This document shows positions 8,314-17,439 of a stretch of DNA of 64,000 bases, piece after piece (the stretch's first letter is position 1; every line of letters begins with the position of its first letter). This DNA is from a virus. The notes under the pieces were generated by a model, which was given only the letters and a program-made list of their open reading frames with translations, searched no databases and had not been told where the DNA came from. Where the stretch lies: the IMG/VR virus record IMGVR_UViG_3300018432_000290, positions 4,010 to 68,009 of that record; one strand, written 5' to 3'. Made by a program: the position numbers and the translations under genes.

Positions 8314-9833
8314 CCCTGGCCGTGGCCCTGGTGGCGGTGCTGGTCATCGCCGGGGCCATCGCCTCGGTGCGCGCCGGGGCCGGGCGCCCGCGCGGGCTGG
8401 CCCCGGGGTTCGACCTGGTCAAGACCGTCAGCCTGGCCGCGGCCCGGCGCAAGGCCCTGCACACCCGGCCGGGGCTGACCATCAAGCACCGCCCCACGTG
8501 GCTGGGGGGCACCCCGGCCCGGCAGGTGGGCATCGAGTTGTGCCGGTCCGGGTGGCGCTGGCTGTACGCGTCCCTGGAGGACGTGGTGCTCATCTTCGCC
8601 GAGCCCCGGTCCTGGAAGACCGGGCTGCTGTCGGCCCACGTGGTGGACCTGCCCGGGGGCGGGCTGGGCACCAGCACCCGCACCGACCTGTACCTCAACA
8701 CCGTGGAGCACCGGAAGGACCAGGGCCCGGTGCGGGTGTTCAACCCGGAGGGACTGGGGGCCACCATCGGGGTGCCCAACGACGCCCGGTGGGACATGGT
8801 GCGCGGGTGTGACGCCCCCGCCGAGGCCACCATGCGCGCCGGGTACCTGCTGTCCGGGTCGGCCAGCGGGGACAAGGTGTCCGACCGGGGGTACTGGGAG
8901 AGCAACGCCGGTCGCGCCCTGCGCTACCTGCTGTGTGCCGCGGCCCTGTCCGGGGGCTCCATGCACGAGGTGTACGAGTGGGGCCAGACCCTGTCCCAGC
9001 GGGCCCCGGTCTCCATCCTCAAGACCAACCCCGGGGCCCCGCCCGGCTGGGGGGAGGCCCTGGAGTCCTTGCAGGCCCAGGACCCCAAGCCCAAGGGGTC
9101 CGTGAGCGCCACCCTGACCCTGGCCCTGCAGTTCATGGACATACCGGAGCTGGCGTACGCGGCCACCCCGGGGCCGGGGGACGTCGGGCTGGACGTGCCG
9201 GCGTTCATCCTGGGCGGGGGGTTCCTGTACGTCATCGGCACACAGCGGGAGTACGCCCCCCTCACCCCGCTGTTCTCCGCGCTGGTGGGCCACGTGGTGG
9301 AGACGTGCAAGAAGCTGGCCGGGAGCCGGGGTCGGCTGGACCCTCCGTTCGGCCTGATCCTGGACGAGGTGTACAACACCGCCCGGCTGCCGCTGGCCCG
9401 CATCAGCTCCGAGCTCGGCGGCATCGGCGTCCCCATCGTGTGCGCGTTCCAGGGGCTGGACCAGGCCGAGGAGATGCTGGGCGCGGCCGGGGCCGGGACG
9501 CTGTGGACCAACAGCGCCGTGCGCATGGGGGCCGGGGGCAGCGTGCCCAGCCTGGAGAAGCTGTCCACGCTGCTGGGGCACAAGGCTCAGCGCAACCGGC
9601 GCGGGGAGATCGAGCGTTCCCCCGTGCTCACCGCCAGCGAGATCGACCAGCTGGACCCCGGGAAGGCCGTGGTCTACACGCGCGGCAAACCCACCATCGG
9701 CACGGTGCGCCCCATCTGGGAGCGCCGCACCCCGCGGGCCAAGGCGCCCCACCCCCCCACCGGTCCGCTGGCCCCGGTGTACAGCCTGGACGAGCAGCGC
9801 CGGGCCGGGCCCACCACCGAGGTGGGGTCGTGA
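8310..9833 (+). CDS. VirD4/TraG-like type IV coupling protein
   Basis: N-terminal TM anchor; Walker A-like AEPRSWKT; GPVRVFNPEG, YWESNA, Walker B LILDEVYNTARLP, GIGVPIVCAFQGLDQ, LEKLSTLLG, PVLTASEIDQL match actinobacterial T4CP layout. Confidence 0.85.
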   Translation: MTLAVALVAVLVIAGAIASVRAGAGRPRGLAPGFDLVKTVSLAAARRKALHTRPGLTIKHRPTWLGGTPARQVGIELCRSGWRWLYASLEDVVLIFAEPRSWKTGLLSAHVVDLPGGGLGTSTRTDLYLNTVEHRKDQGPVRVFNPEGLGATIGVPNDARWDMVRGCDAPAEATMRAGYLLSGSASGDKVSDRGYWESNAGRALRYLLCAAALSGGSMHEVYEWGQTLSQRAPVSILKTNPGAPPGWGEALESLQAQDPKPKGSVSATLTLALQFMDIPELAYAATPGPGDVGLDVPAFILGGGFLYVIGTQREYAPLTPLFSALVGHVVETCKKLAGSRGRLDPPFGLILDEVYNTARLPLARISSELGGIGVPIVCAFQGLDQAEEMLGAAGAGTLWTNSAVRMGAGGSVPSLEKLSTLLGHKAQRNRRGEIERSPVLTASEIDQLDPGKAVVYTRGKPTIGTVRPIWERRTPRAKAPHPPTGPLAPVYSLDEQRRAGPTTEVGS

Positions 9834-10018
9834 GGCCCCCGTACCTGGCGCTGCTGCTGCTGGGGGCGGTGCTGGGCAGCTGGGCATGGCAGGTCCCGGC
9901 GTTCGGGGCCATCTTCTGGCCGCTGGTGCTCACGCTGTCGATCTGGCTGTGGGCCGACTACTTCCGCTCGGCGGCACGCCGCCGCCGGCGGGGACACCAC
10001 AGGAGGAGTCATGGCTGA
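9830..10018 (+). CDS. Small two-TM membrane protein
   Basis: GTGA coupling; hydrophobic core and basic tail. Confidence 0.6.
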   Translation: MRPPYLALLLLGAVLGSWAWQVPAFGAIFWPLVLTLSIWLWADYFRSAARRRRRGHHRRSHG

Positions 10019-10187
10019 GGACGGGTTCCTGGCCGCCGTGGGCGGGGCCCTGGTGGCCATCGCCACGCTGGGGATGGTGCGCGAGGACGACGCGGCCCCG
10101 GGCGGTGGGGACGTGGGCACCCCCGTGATGCGCCACCGGGTGGAGTCCCTGGACGGGCGCGACACGGTCGAGGACGGGGTTTCATGA
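10011..10187 (+). CDS. Small membrane-anchored protein (58 aa, below ORF-track cutoff)
   Basis: AGGAGGAG RBS, MAEDGFLAAVGGALVAIATLG, ATGA overlap with next gene. Confidence 0.6.
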   Translation: MAEDGFLAAVGGALVAIATLGMVREDDAAPGGGDVGTPVMRHRVESLDGRDTVEDGVS

Positions 10188-10588
10188 ACGCCGCCCGGTC
10201 CCGCGCCGGTGACCCGGACCAGCTGTCCCTGGACCTCACCGGGGACGGGGACGACGCCCCCACCGTCCACCAGGTGGGCGCGGTGTACGCCATCCGCAAC
10301 CGGCTGGGCATCGGCCACAGCCGCTACCGCCTGGACTGGGTGCACGTCCACCCGCTCAACCACTGGCACAACCCCGGCGGCTACGTCACGTGCGCCCTGA
10401 CCCTGCTGGGTGGGATCGGCGGGGCCATGGTGGGCCCGGAGCACCTGGTCCCCGCCCAGTACGAAGGCCAGAGCACCTGGACCATGAGGAAGCCGGCCCC
10501 CCACCTGGGCACCCACTGCCGCTGGGCCGAGCAGGAGCAGCAGACGGCGGACCGCATCCAGGCCGAGCGCGCGGGGAGCACCCCGTGA
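10184..10588 (+). CDS. Hypothetical protein
   Basis: Coupled at both ends; normal composition. Confidence 0.6.
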   Translation: MNAARSRAGDPDQLSLDLTGDGDDAPTVHQVGAVYAIRNRLGIGHSRYRLDWVHVHPLNHWHNPGGYVTCALTLLGGIGGAMVGPEHLVPAQYEGQSTWTMRKPAPHLGTHCRWAEQEQQTADRIQAERAGSTP

Positions 10589-10860
10589 CCACGTGGGACA
10601 GGGACAGCGCCGCCCCCCACACCCACGTGGGGCTGTTGGGCCAGACGTTCTCCTGCACGTGCTGCTGCCCGGACCCCCCTCCCACCCCCCGCGAGAACCC
10701 GGGCGGGTCCGGCAGCGGGGACGGCAGGGGGTGGCTGGAGGCCGTGGGCACCGCGGTCGCGGTGCTGGGCACGCTGGGGTGGTACCGGGGGGACCCGGAG
10801 CCCCCGCCCGTGCCCGAGCGCGCCGAGCTCGAGCGCGCCGAACCGGAGGACCAGCGGTGA
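10585..10860 (+). CDS. Hypothetical protein with Cys cluster and one TM
   Basis: GTGA overlaps at both ends; CTCCC and hydrophobic AVGTAVAVLGTLGW. Confidence 0.5.
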   Translation: MTTWDRDSAAPHTHVGLLGQTFSCTCCCPDPPPTPRENPGGSGSGDGRGWLEAVGTAVAVLGTLGWYRGDPEPPPVPERAELERAEPEDQR

Positions 10861-11351
10861 GCGGCAACGGGGACCGCCCCGCGGACCGCATGCTGCGCGG
10901 GCGGGTGGATGAGCTGGACCGGGACCTCCAGGTCACCCGCGCGGCGGTCAAGGCGCTGTCGGAGAGCATCACGGCCATGGCCGTCCAGGCCGCGCGGGTG
11001 CGTCCCATCCACTGGCCGGACCTGCCCAACGACCAGCACGCCGCCCGGTACACGGAGCTGCTGGCCTGGATGCGGGAGGTGCTGGTGGAGCGCTACCCGT
11101 TCGACGCGGAAGCCCTCACCCCGTGCTGGTGGCGCCACCCCACGGCCGTGGACCTGCTCACCGCGGCCTGGCAGAGCTGGACGGCGGTGTACCGCAACCC
11201 CGCGGCCAGCGTGGACCGCCAGGTGACGTGGCAGCACACCACGCGCCCCACCACCACGTTCCAGCTACGGCTGGCACTGAGCAACTGTTCCGGGGCCAAG
11301 CACGTGGACGACCCCCACCAGCCGGAGCTGGTCACGGGGGCCTGGGGGTAG
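10857..11351 (+). CDS. DUF4913-like protein
   Basis: Coiled coil then LLAWMREVL..PCWWRHPTAVDLLTAAWQSW, resembling a family seen beside actinobacterial T4CP/relaxase genes. Confidence 0.65.
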   Translation: MSGNGDRPADRMLRGRVDELDRDLQVTRAAVKALSESITAMAVQAARVRPIHWPDLPNDQHAARYTELLAWMREVLVERYPFDAEALTPCWWRHPTAVDLLTAAWQSWTAVYRNPAASVDRQVTWQHTTRPTTTFQLRLALSNCSGAKHVDDPHQPELVTGAWG

Positions 11352-11352
11352 C

Positions 11353-11586
11353 TCACACGGTGCGGTCCGTGGGATCCAGGAACACCACCGGCACGGGGGT
11401 GCCCGGCTCGATCAGGGCCACCACCAGCTCCCCGTTCCCGGCCAGGGCCAGCACCTGGTGGCGTCGCTTGCCGTCCGAGCACGGCACCGCCCTGCTGACC
11501 AGGTCCACCACCAGTGCCTGGCCGCCCCACTGGATGGAATCCAGGCAGTGCAGCTGATCAGGCAGCAGGTGGCGGACCGTGGCCAT
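11353..11586 (-). CDS. Hypothetical protein
   Basis: MATVRHLLP start coupled to upstream stop; convergent with the transfer operon. Confidence 0.55.
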   Translation of the reverse strand: MATVRHLLPDQLHCLDSIQWGGQALVVDLVSRAVPCSDGKRRHQVLALAGNGELVVALIEPGTPVPVVFLDPTDRTV

Positions 11587-11912
11587 CAGGCGTCGTCCTC
11601 CTGCTCGGGCACGTGGCCGGACAGGTTGACCGGGCACCCGGGGTTCAGGTCCTCCGCGTCCCGCCACACCCCGTCCCACTCCAGGGCGGCCGAGCAGTGG
11701 TGGCAGGTCCCGGTCAGGGGGTCACCCTCCGGGTTCCACCCCGGCGGCATGTAGGTCAGCCAGAACCGCATCCCCAGTCGGGTGATCTCCGAGAACGCCC
11801 CCCGCACGTCCCCCAGCTCCGTCCGGGCCCGGTCCTCGATCTCCTCCCGCTCGGCCCGGGTGATGCGGGCGCGCGGCATGGGTTCCCGGCGTTCGGTGTC
11901 CCTGGGCATCAC
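11586..11912 (-). CDS. Hypothetical protein with CxxC
   Basis: Protein-like composition; CHHC motif; start uncertain. Confidence 0.55.
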   Translation of the reverse strand: MMPRDTERREPMPRARITRAEREEIEDRARTELGDVRGAFSEITRLGMRFWLTYMPPGWNPEGDPLTGTCHHCSAALEWDGVWRDAEDLNPGCPVNLSGHVPEQEDDA

Positions 11913-12266
11913 CCACCACCTCCTCGAGCGTCCCGGCCAGCCCGCACCGTTCCCACCACACGCGCACCTGGAAGCTGGCCACCACGGCCACCGCCCACGG
12001 CACCACCACCAGCACCAGCCCCAGCCCCAGCGCCACCAGCGCCGACGCCTTGGCCATGTCCGGCATGGTCTCCCTGGGGGAACTCACATCTGCGGCACCG
12101 CGCCCCGTCCGGCCAGGATTGGGTCTCGCGCTGCCAGCGGTCCGGCAACGCCACCAGGCGGATACCGCACTGGGTCCACACCACCCCGGTGGTGATGTGC
12201 CACGGCCCCGGGGTGATGGAGTGCTGGCCGCGGGGGCGCCGGCTGGCGCGCACGTACAGCGTGGGC

Positions 12267-12572
12267 TCAGTGCTGGCCACAGCGCACCTCCGCGACGTCC
12301 GGGGCCCACTGGGGGTCCCAGCCCGGGATGGTGTGGCGGTGTCCGTAGGCCAGCAGGCGCACCACGTGGACCAGCACGTTGGAGTCCGGGTCCCCGGCCG
12401 GCAGCTGGGCGATCCGGCCGGCGCACACCCCGGCGATGGCCTGCTCGGCGGCCACCCGGGCGGTGTCCCGGTCGTCCGCGGCCTCGGTGCCCAGCTCGGT
12501 CAGCGTGTTGTGGACGTCGGCCAGCCAGCACGCCAGCCTGGACGGCACCTGGTACGGCTCACCCCTGGCCAC
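12267..12572 (-). CDS. Hypothetical protein
   Basis: Protein-like composition in a minus-strand gene string. Confidence 0.5.
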   Translation of the reverse strand: MARGEPYQVPSRLACWLADVHNTLTELGTEAADDRDTARVAAEQAIAGVCAGRIAQLPAGDPDSNVLVHVVRLLAYGHRHTIPGWDPQWAPDVAEVRCGQH

Positions 12573-13347
12573 GGCGCACCGCTTCCGGGCAGTCGCTGGC
12601 GTGCTGGCTGGTGCTGGCCCCGCACACGTCGCACGTGGGCATGGTTCGGACCAGCGGCACCCGGTCCCGGTCCCCCGGCATGGTGGGACACATGCCGGGG
12701 GTGGGGCACAGGCAGTCCCGGTCGATGTGGCGGGCCTTGGTCTCGGCCACGTACATGGCCTCGGTGGCGGTGTGGTGCCCCACCCCGCTCATGTACCGGT
12801 GCCCGCCCTCGGTCCAGGCCGTCCAGCCCCAGCGCAGCATGGGACCCCCGGCGCGCACCTCCAGCACGGCACCACCGGCCAGCACCTTGACGTAGCGCTC
12901 CGGGGCGTCCGGGTCGTGGGTGACCGACACCCACTCCGCCCCGCGGATGGCGTCCCCCTGCTGGACGGTCAGGGCCGCCACGCCGGCGCGCAGCCCCAGC
13001 CCCAGTGCCACCGCGTCCGCGATGTGCTCGGCGCTCATCCCGGCGGTGGCCGCGGCGCGCACCGCCTCGGTGATCCCCCCGGCGAGCTCGCCGTCCAGGG
13101 GGTCCGGCAGCTGGCGCCCGAACCCGTCGTGCGTCACCTCCGGGTACCCGTCCGGGTCGTGCCCGCCGTCGTGCCCGGCCGGGCGGTAGCAACCCCACCC
13201 GGAGTCGGTCTGGACACCGCAGCGCTCCACCGCCGGTGGCAGGGCCACGGTGGGCTCGTAGTCCGGCACGGGGCCGGGGTCGTGGTCGTCCAGCGGCGGG
13301 TCCCAGGGGGCCCGGTGGCTGGCGTTGCTCTTGGCGTCGTCGGTCAT
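12559..13347 (-). CDS. Hypothetical Cys/His-rich protein
   Basis: Start motif at 13357-13368; several CxxC and GHDGGH motifs. Confidence 0.6.
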   Translation of the reverse strand: MTDDAKSNASHRAPWDPPLDDHDPGPVPDYEPTVALPPAVERCGVQTDSGWGCYRPAGHDGGHDPDGYPEVTHDGFGRQLPDPLDGELAGGITEAVRAAATAGMSAEHIADAVALGLGLRAGVAALTVQQGDAIRGAEWVSVTHDPDAPERYVKVLAGGAVLEVRAGGPMLRWGWTAWTEGGHRYMSGVGHHTATEAMYVAETKARHIDRDCLCPTPGMCPTMPGDRDRVPLVRTMPTCDVCGASTSQHASDCPEAVRRGQG

Positions 13348-13368
13348 GGGTCGGCTCTCCTCGGTGGT

Positions 13369-13716
13369 TCAGGGCTTGAAGGTCTCGGCGGTGGTGCGCA
13401 CCCACTCCGGGGCGGACTCCCACGGCAACGTCCAGCGGGACTGCTCCCCGTCCTCCGGGTCCGGAGGGGCCCAGGCGATGGTGCCGCTCTCCGGGCCCAT
13501 GCACGTCACGTAGGCGCGGTCCAGGCGCCACTGGACGGCGTCGTACAGGTCCCGCTCGTAGGTGATCGTCAGCAGGTTGGGGGTGATGCGGCGCACCGGG
13601 GCGTTGGGGTCCCGGCCGGTGTCCTGGGCCCGCGGGATGGACATGGTGGGGGCGGCGCGCAGGCGCAGGTACAGGGTGTGCGTCTCCACGCGCCCGTACG
13701 GTTCGGCGATGGTCAT
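13369..13716 (-). CDS. Hypothetical protein
   Basis: MTIAEPYG start after a start-motif variant. Confidence 0.6.
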   Translation of the reverse strand: MTIAEPYGRVETHTLYLRLRAAPTMSIPRAQDTGRDPNAPVRRITPNLLTITYERDLYDAVQWRLDRAYVTCMGPESGTIAWAPPDPEDGEQSRWTLPWESAPEWVRTTAETFKP

Positions 13717-13721
13717 GGGGC

Positions 13722-14108
13722 TCAGCTCTCCTCGGTGATGCGGCGGGGCGCCGGCGTGGGGGTCCACGCGGCGTAGCTGGCGGGCAGCTCCAGCCCCTGG
13801 GGGCTGGCCGTGATGGCCACCCGGGCCTGGGCACACACCTGGCGGCGGGCGCGGCGGCGCGCTCGAGCGCGGCACCACCAGGCCACCACGCGGGCCCAGC
13901 GCTGGGGCCAGGTCAGGGACCCGGCGTGCTGGGCCACGTCCACCACCGCCCGGGCCAGCATCACGGCCCCGGCCACGGCCAGGACGGCCACAGCGGCCAG
14001 CAGGTAGACGACGGCCACGGTGGCGCCCAGCAGCGCGCCGGCGACGGCCACCACCGACACAGCGGCCAGGACGGGTGGACTGGGGCAGTGCTGGGGACAG
14101 TGGGGCAT
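13722..14108 (-). CDS. Membrane protein
   Basis: Start-motif variant; long hydrophobic region. Confidence 0.55.
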   Translation of the reverse strand: MPHCPQHCPSPPVLAAVSVVAVAGALLGATVAVVYLLAAVAVLAVAGAVMLARAVVDVAQHAGSLTWPQRWARVVAWWCRARARRRARRQVCAQARVAITASPQGLELPASYAAWTPTPAPRRITEES

Positions 14109-14111
14109 GGG

Positions 14112-14465
14112 TCAGCTCTCCTCGGTGGGTGGGTCGATCAGGTGCCAGCCGCCCAACAGCCGCTCGGCGATGCGGGCGGCCAGCACGTCCGGATAGGCGT
14201 CCAGGTAGCCCCGGCACGCGCTCTGGCCCAGCTCCGGGTGGGTCCCGTAGCTCAGCGTCATGTGGCAGGTGAGCACCCCACCGGACTGGGGCAGCCCCTC
14301 CAGCTCCGGCAGGCGGATGCCGCGGTTGTGGTCCACCAGCTCCCCCAGGCGCCCCGGACGCAGCCGCATGGGGTTGCCCGGCCGGAACACGCACGTGGCG
14401 CACTTCCGGGCCATGGCCTGGGGTAGTCCGGTGTCCGGGTGGAACACCGGGCCCTGCCCGGTCAT
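14112..14465 (-). CDS. Hypothetical Cys-containing phage protein
   Basis: CATCVFRPGN..LTCH..ACRGY; ATGA coupling. Confidence 0.6.
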   Translation of the reverse strand: MTGQGPVFHPDTGLPQAMARKCATCVFRPGNPMRLRPGRLGELVDHNRGIRLPELEGLPQSGGVLTCHMTLSYGTHPELGQSACRGYLDAYPDVLAARIAERLLGGWHLIDPPTEES

Positions 14466-14662
14466 GCCAGCTCGTCTCGGCGGTAGTCCTTCCACAGGGT
14501 GTCCACGCTCATGGACTGGGTGCGGCGGGACGTCGAACGCTTCACCTGCACGCGGGTGCCGTCGTCGGTCACCTCCACGATGCGCAACCGGCGCCACGTC
14601 TCGCGGCGCCCGTGCCACACCTGGTCCGGCTGGGGGCGGTCCCCCTTGCGGCGAGTGGTCAC
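14462..14662 (-). CDS. Small basic beta-rich protein
   Basis: PDQVWHGRRETWRRLRIVEV; coupled at both ends. Confidence 0.5.
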   Translation of the reverse strand: MTTRRKGDRPQPDQVWHGRRETWRRLRIVEVTDDGTRVQVKRSTSRRTQSMSVDTLWKDYRRDELA

Positions 14663-14831
14663 CGGAACCCCCTCCACTCGTGCGGGACGGGACGACCCTG
14701 CTCGCGCAGCAGGGCGGTCAGGGCGCCGGTTAGCACCGGCCACGCGCGGGCCAGCTCGGCCAGGGCGGCACGGTGGGCCGCCGGGCAGCGTCCGGGGTTC
14801 TCCACCGCGGCCAGGACGCGGGCCACGGCGG

Positions 14832-15377
14832 TCACGACGCCACCGCCCTGCGCAGCTCGGCCAGCCCGCGGGCACACCGGGACTTCACCGTCCCCACCGG
14901 CACCCCCAGCCACACGGCCACGTCCACCTGGGGGACGCCGTCGTGGTGGACCAGCACCACCACGTCCAGGCGGTCCGGGGCCAGTAGCTCGAGGAGCGCG
15001 GTCACGTCCTTGCGGCACTCCACGGTGGCCAGCCCCGGGTCCTCCCGGGCCTCCCGCTCCCCCAGCTCGTCCAGCTGGGCCACCACGCGGGGACGCCTGC
15101 CGAAGGTGCGCAGGTGGGTGTACACCACGCTGGACGTCACGGTGTACAGCCAGGACCGGAACGATGCCCGGCCCGCCCACGTGTGCACGCTGTGCAGCAG
15201 GCGCACCGCCACCTCCTGGGTCATGTCGTCGGCGTCCCGGCTGGCGCGCCCCAGCAGGTGGTGGGCCACGTTGTGCACGTAGCGCTGGTGGCGGGTCCAC
15301 AGCTCGGCGAAGGCGTCGGGGTCCCCGGCGGCGTACGCGGCCACCAGCGCCGCGTCGTCGCGCTCCAGGGGGCTCAC
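14832..15377 (-). CDS. ECF-family RNA polymerase sigma factor
   Basis: DAALVAAYAAGDPDAFAELW, DADDMTQE, FRSWLYTV (region 2); VAVWLGVPVGTVKSRCARG (region 4). Confidence 0.9.
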   Translation of the reverse strand: MSPLERDDAALVAAYAAGDPDAFAELWTRHQRYVHNVAHHLLGRASRDADDMTQEVAVRLLHSVHTWAGRASFRSWLYTVTSSVVYTHLRTFGRRPRVVAQLDELGEREAREDPGLATVECRKDVTALLELLAPDRLDVVVLVHHDGVPQVDVAVWLGVPVGTVKSRCARGLAELRRAVAS

Positions 15378-15673
15378 GACGTCCCTGCCCGGTGGCCGGC
15401 CGCGCGCTGCACGCGCCCGGGCATGCCGTGGAGCACGTGTCCGAAGTAGTCGGCCACGTCCATCTGAGCGTCCAGCAGCACGCGGTGGGCGCGGTCCACG
15501 GCGGAGCTGCGCACCTCCCCGCGGCGGGCTGCGGCCTCGGCGTCGTCGCGGGCCGTGCGCGCGGCCTCGGCGGTGGCGCACAGCATGGCGGCGTGCCCGT
15601 CCCCGATGCACAGGGGCAGGAACTCCCGCACCTGTCCGGCGCTGGGGGTGGGGGCGGTCTGGTCGGTGTCCAT
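15374..15673 (-). CDS. Hypothetical protein
   Basis: Start motif upstream; GTGA coupling to the sigma gene. Confidence 0.6.
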   Translation of the reverse strand: MDTDQTAPTPSAGQVREFLPLCIGDGHAAMLCATAEAARTARDDAEAAARRGEVRSSAVDRAHRVLLDAQMDVADYFGHVLHGMPGRVQRAAGHRAGTS

Positions 15674-15748
15674 GTCTCTCCTCGGTGGTGGAACGGAGCC
15701 TGGAACCCCGCCGCCCGGGGTCGCCGGGCGACGGGGAGTCTGGCGGGG

Positions 15749-16213
15749 TCAGGACTGGAGCGCGGCGCGGGCGGCGTCGGTGATGGGCACGACGCGCAGC
15801 ATCTGGAAGGACACCCCGCGGAACCCGGCCACGGACTCCGAGCCCCCCAGCGGCACCACGGTGGCCCGGCCCCCGTCGGCCTTGATCGCCACGAACAGGC
15901 CGCGCTGGGCCTCCCGGGTGGGGGAGGTGAACACCACCACGGATCCCAGGGTCACGCGGCCCCCGGCGGCGGCCAGCTCGGCCATGCGGGCGCGGGCGCG
16001 GGCGGCGGTGTCGGAGTCCACGCGCTCGAACAGCTCCGGGGCCCCCGCGATACCACGGCCCCCCTCCACGGGGTCCACGGCCAGCCTGCGGCGGCTCCCA
16101 CCCGGGATGGCGGTCACCACGAACAGGGGGTCGCCCTCGCCGGGGCGCCGGGCCTCCGGCAGGAGGTGGACGACGTCACCCACGGCGTGGGCGGGAATGG
16201 TCTGTGCTGGCAT
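15749..16213 (-). CDS. Hypothetical protein
   Basis: Start motif 5 nt upstream of ATG. Confidence 0.65.
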   Translation of the reverse strand: MPAQTIPAHAVGDVVHLLPEARRPGEGDPLFVVTAIPGGSRRRLAVDPVEGGRGIAGAPELFERVDSDTAARARARMAELAAAGGRVTLGSVVVFTSPTREAQRGLFVAIKADGGRATVVPLGGSESVAGFRGVSFQMLRVVPITDAARAALQS

Positions 16214-16306
16214 GGCTGCTCCTCGGTGGTGGAGTCCTCGACCGTCCTGGCCGGGGGCGCCGTCCCCGGGCCCGTGGCGTGGCGGGTCCGGGGGCGACGC
16301 TCCCGG

Positions 16307-17341
16307 TCAGGCCGGGGTGGGCTGGAACAGCTTCCAGGCGGTGGCCTTGACGGCGTCGCTGCCACCCACCAGGGAACGGGCGGCGCGGGCACGCTCCGGG
16401 GTGCCGTGGTCCCGGGTCTGGACCGCGGCGTGCCAGTCCAGGTACTCGGTGATCACGTTGTACCCGGCCCAGGCGGTCCCGCGCACCGTGGCCTGCTGGC
16501 TACCGTCCTGCAACAGCGCGACCAGCTGGTCCATCTTGGCCTTGTCGTTGGCCTTGGCCCGGTCGGTCAGGTCCTTGTCCCCGCCGGGGCGAATGATCTG
16601 CTTGGCCTTGATCTCGAACTCCCCGGTGGTCATGGGGGTGTTGACCATGCGCTCCGCGCCGGTCTGGAACTCCTCGAACCACTCGGAGGTCAGGCCCAGG
16701 TGCTTGCGGGCCTCGGCGATCTGCTGGGTGGCCTTCTCGGTGTGGCGCACCTTGTAGATCCCGTCGTTGCACCGCATGGCGGCGCGCTCGGTGTTGCCGC
16801 ACACCACCCGGATCGGGGTCACGGCGGTGGTGAACGCGGAGCTGCCGTCGTGGCTGTTCAGGCAGGCCACGTACAGGTCCACGCGGTCCACCCCGCCCAC
16901 CTGCACGCTGCGCGGCAGCTTGGCCGTGATGAACACCCGGCGCCCGTGGTCCAGGCTCCCCCCGGTCTCCAGCGTGGCCCCGCCCTCGGCCACCAGGGTC
17001 TGGAGGTAGGTGGCGTGGGCCTCGTTCTGGATGGGGGTGTACCAGCTCCCCACCGTGCCCAGCTTCTCCATCTGGCCGGTGAAGGGGCTTGTGCGCACCA
17101 CGGTGCGCTCCGTGTCGTCCACCAGCGGGACCGTGGTGCCGTTCTCCAGCATCACGTGGGCCACGCTGGGCAGCGCGCGCACGTCCCAGCCCCCCAGGTA
17201 CGCGGTGCGCATCAGCTCGTCGGGATCCATCAGGCCGTCGGTCACGGTCCCGAGACCGTGCCAGCCGGGTCGCACGGCGGCGGCAAAGCTGGTGACGACG
17301 GTCCCGTCGGCGGTGGTGTTCTGTTCCAACTCGTGGGCCAT
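16307..17341 (-). CDS. DUF932-family phage/plasmid protein
   Basis: YTPIQNE, LETGGSLDHGRRVFI, LNSHDGSSAF, TPIRVVCGNT, GTAWAGYNVITEYLDW. Confidence 0.85.
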   Translation of the reverse strand: MAHELEQNTTADGTVVTSFAAAVRPGWHGLGTVTDGLMDPDELMRTAYLGGWDVRALPSVAHVMLENGTTVPLVDDTERTVVRTSPFTGQMEKLGTVGSWYTPIQNEAHATYLQTLVAEGGATLETGGSLDHGRRVFITAKLPRSVQVGGVDRVDLYVACLNSHDGSSAFTTAVTPIRVVCGNTERAAMRCNDGIYKVRHTEKATQQIAEARKHLGLTSEWFEEFQTGAERMVNTPMTTGEFEIKAKQIIRPGGDKDLTDRAKANDKAKMDQLVALLQDGSQQATVRGTAWAGYNVITEYLDWHAAVQTRDHGTPERARAARSLVGGSDAVKATAWKLFQPTPA

Positions 17342-17410
17342 GATGCGGTCCTCCTGGGGGTGAGGTCCCCGGTCCTTCCGGGGGGGCGTTCGTGTTCCAC
17401 ACTACGGGTC

Positions 17411-17439
17411 CCCCCCGTTGTGTGCCACACATCGGGGGG
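17411..17439. promoter_or_regulatory. 29-bp near-perfect palindrome centred on GTGTGCCACAC
   Basis: CCCCCCGTTGTGTG-C-CACACATCGGGGGG, one mismatch; TAGTGT -10-like hexamer on the minus strand at 17404-17399. Confidence 0.65.

Noticed and set aside
11722-12280. Gene call between 11912 and 12267
   Set aside because: Two overlapping frames each look partly coding; cannot choose or prove a frameshift by eye
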